From an uncultured Anaerolineales bacterium (GTDB lineage: Bacteria; Chloroflexota; Anaerolineae; Anaerolineales; UBA11858): a DNA stretch of 64,000 bases. The position numbers were made by a program, and so were the translations under genes. Positions 63,418-64,000 of this stretch are shown here, in pieces (position 1 is the first letter of the stretch; each line of letters begins with the position of its first letter). The DNA lies in assembly GCA_964406305.1 (NCBI GenBank), contig CAYORF010000001.1, positions 12,819-76,818 of the forward strand, given 5' to 3'. The notes beneath the pieces are model-generated. The model saw only the letters and a list, made by a program, of their open reading frames with translations. It had not been told where the DNA came from and did not search any database.

Positions 63418-64000
63418 TCAGCGATGTAAGTTAGGTGCAGCCAGGAACGACAAACCGTTTTCGGTTAATGCCCAGGCTGTTTTATTGAGGGCGATGAATT
63501 TATCCATGAAATTCCCGGTCATATGATCAAAATCGCCGGCTTTCTTGATCTCTTCTTTGTCACGGAAATAATCCAGGATATCCGAAGGGTGTTCGCGGGT
63601 CTTGTCGATTTCAGGATCCCCGCCCTCATGTTTGGCGGAGATATTGGCCACATGGTCAGCGATCTCGATTAATTCATCCCGGCGGTTATAAGGTTGGCGG
63701 ACAATACTCTTATAAGTCTCTGTGATGTGGTGTTCAAAACGGATAATATCCTCAAACCCCAGATCTTTCCGGAACTGTGCTGTGATTTCCATCGTTTGAT
63801 TATCTATTGAGTTGCTCCAGTTGAATCCAATTAACGGGGTGGTGCCGTCGTCACGAGTGAATAATTTGGCGCCCAGCAGGGTCCATAATGCGGCATAGGG
63901 ATTATCGTTCCCCATATATACAGAAATCTTAAATTCGTTATTCACACCCAGGCGATGCAGCATATATCCCAGCAGCACAGTGCCGGGATTGATATTCAAT
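63418..64000 (-). CDS. conserved hypothetical protein, 5' end outside the window
   Basis: The minus-strand frame is open to the window edge. No motif was recognised. It lies immediately upstream of the CoA-transferase genes. Confidence 0.5.
   Translation of the reverse strand, partial: LNINPGTVLLGYMLHRLGVNNEFKISVYMGNDNPYAALWTLLGAKLFTRDDGTTPLIGFNWSNSIDNQTMEITAQFRKDLGFEDIIRFEHHITETYKSIVRQPYNRRDELIEIADHVANISAKHEGGDPEIDKTREHPSDILDYFRDKEEIKKAGDFDHMTGNFMDKFIALNKTAWALTENGLSFLAAPNLHR

Overview
Densely coding 64-kb chromosomal segment of a bacterium: about 62 protein genes and a tRNA-Phe/Gly/Cys operon. I recognised no rRNA, transposase, integrase, phage or CRISPR signature. Most genes are housekeeping (priA, trpS, dtd, miaB, queG, dus, radA, rnhA, uvrA). 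They are interleaved with metal homeostasis modules (a Fur-family regulator with a ZnuABC-like transporter; ArsR with a thioredoxin-like protein and a permease), lipoproteins and secreted proteins with Pro/Thr-rich linkers, LysM and NBR1-like Ig domains, peptidases and MFS transporters. This gene content, together with recurrent extended -10 promoters (TGgTAnnnT), suggests a Chloroflexota (Anaerolineae-like) organism, but that is inference only. Main points beyond the ORF track follow. (1) Two genes are selenoproteins hidden by in-frame UGA. One is an iodothyronine-deiodinase-family protein (35021..35647, minus), which is the first gene of a tight operon with a DUF3786-like protein and two CooC/AcsF-type metal-insertion ATPases, although no CODH/ACS lies in the window. 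A Fur-type 7-1-7 box sits in the leader of that operon. The other is a SelW/Rdx-like CxxU protein (7262..7513) translationally coupled to trpS. (2) A lower-GC, translationally coupled methyltransferase - GH3-like adenylating enzyme - 7TM/GAF/HD-GYP operon occupies 56652..61445. (3) The operator ATATTCA-N6-TGAATAT occurs twice in the ArsR/thioredoxin-like/permease module. (4) A GAAC-N4-GTTC (LexA-type) box sits on the promoter of an unknown 94-aa gene divergent from radA. (5) Two promoter + SD + mini-ORF + terminator units lie upstream of an MFS pump and a SWIM-finger gene. (6) A two-domain GNAT gene is interrupted by an in-frame TAA. (7) There are short dispersed intergenic repeats and a TTAC heptad array. 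All functional calls come from reading motifs by eye. No database search was possible.
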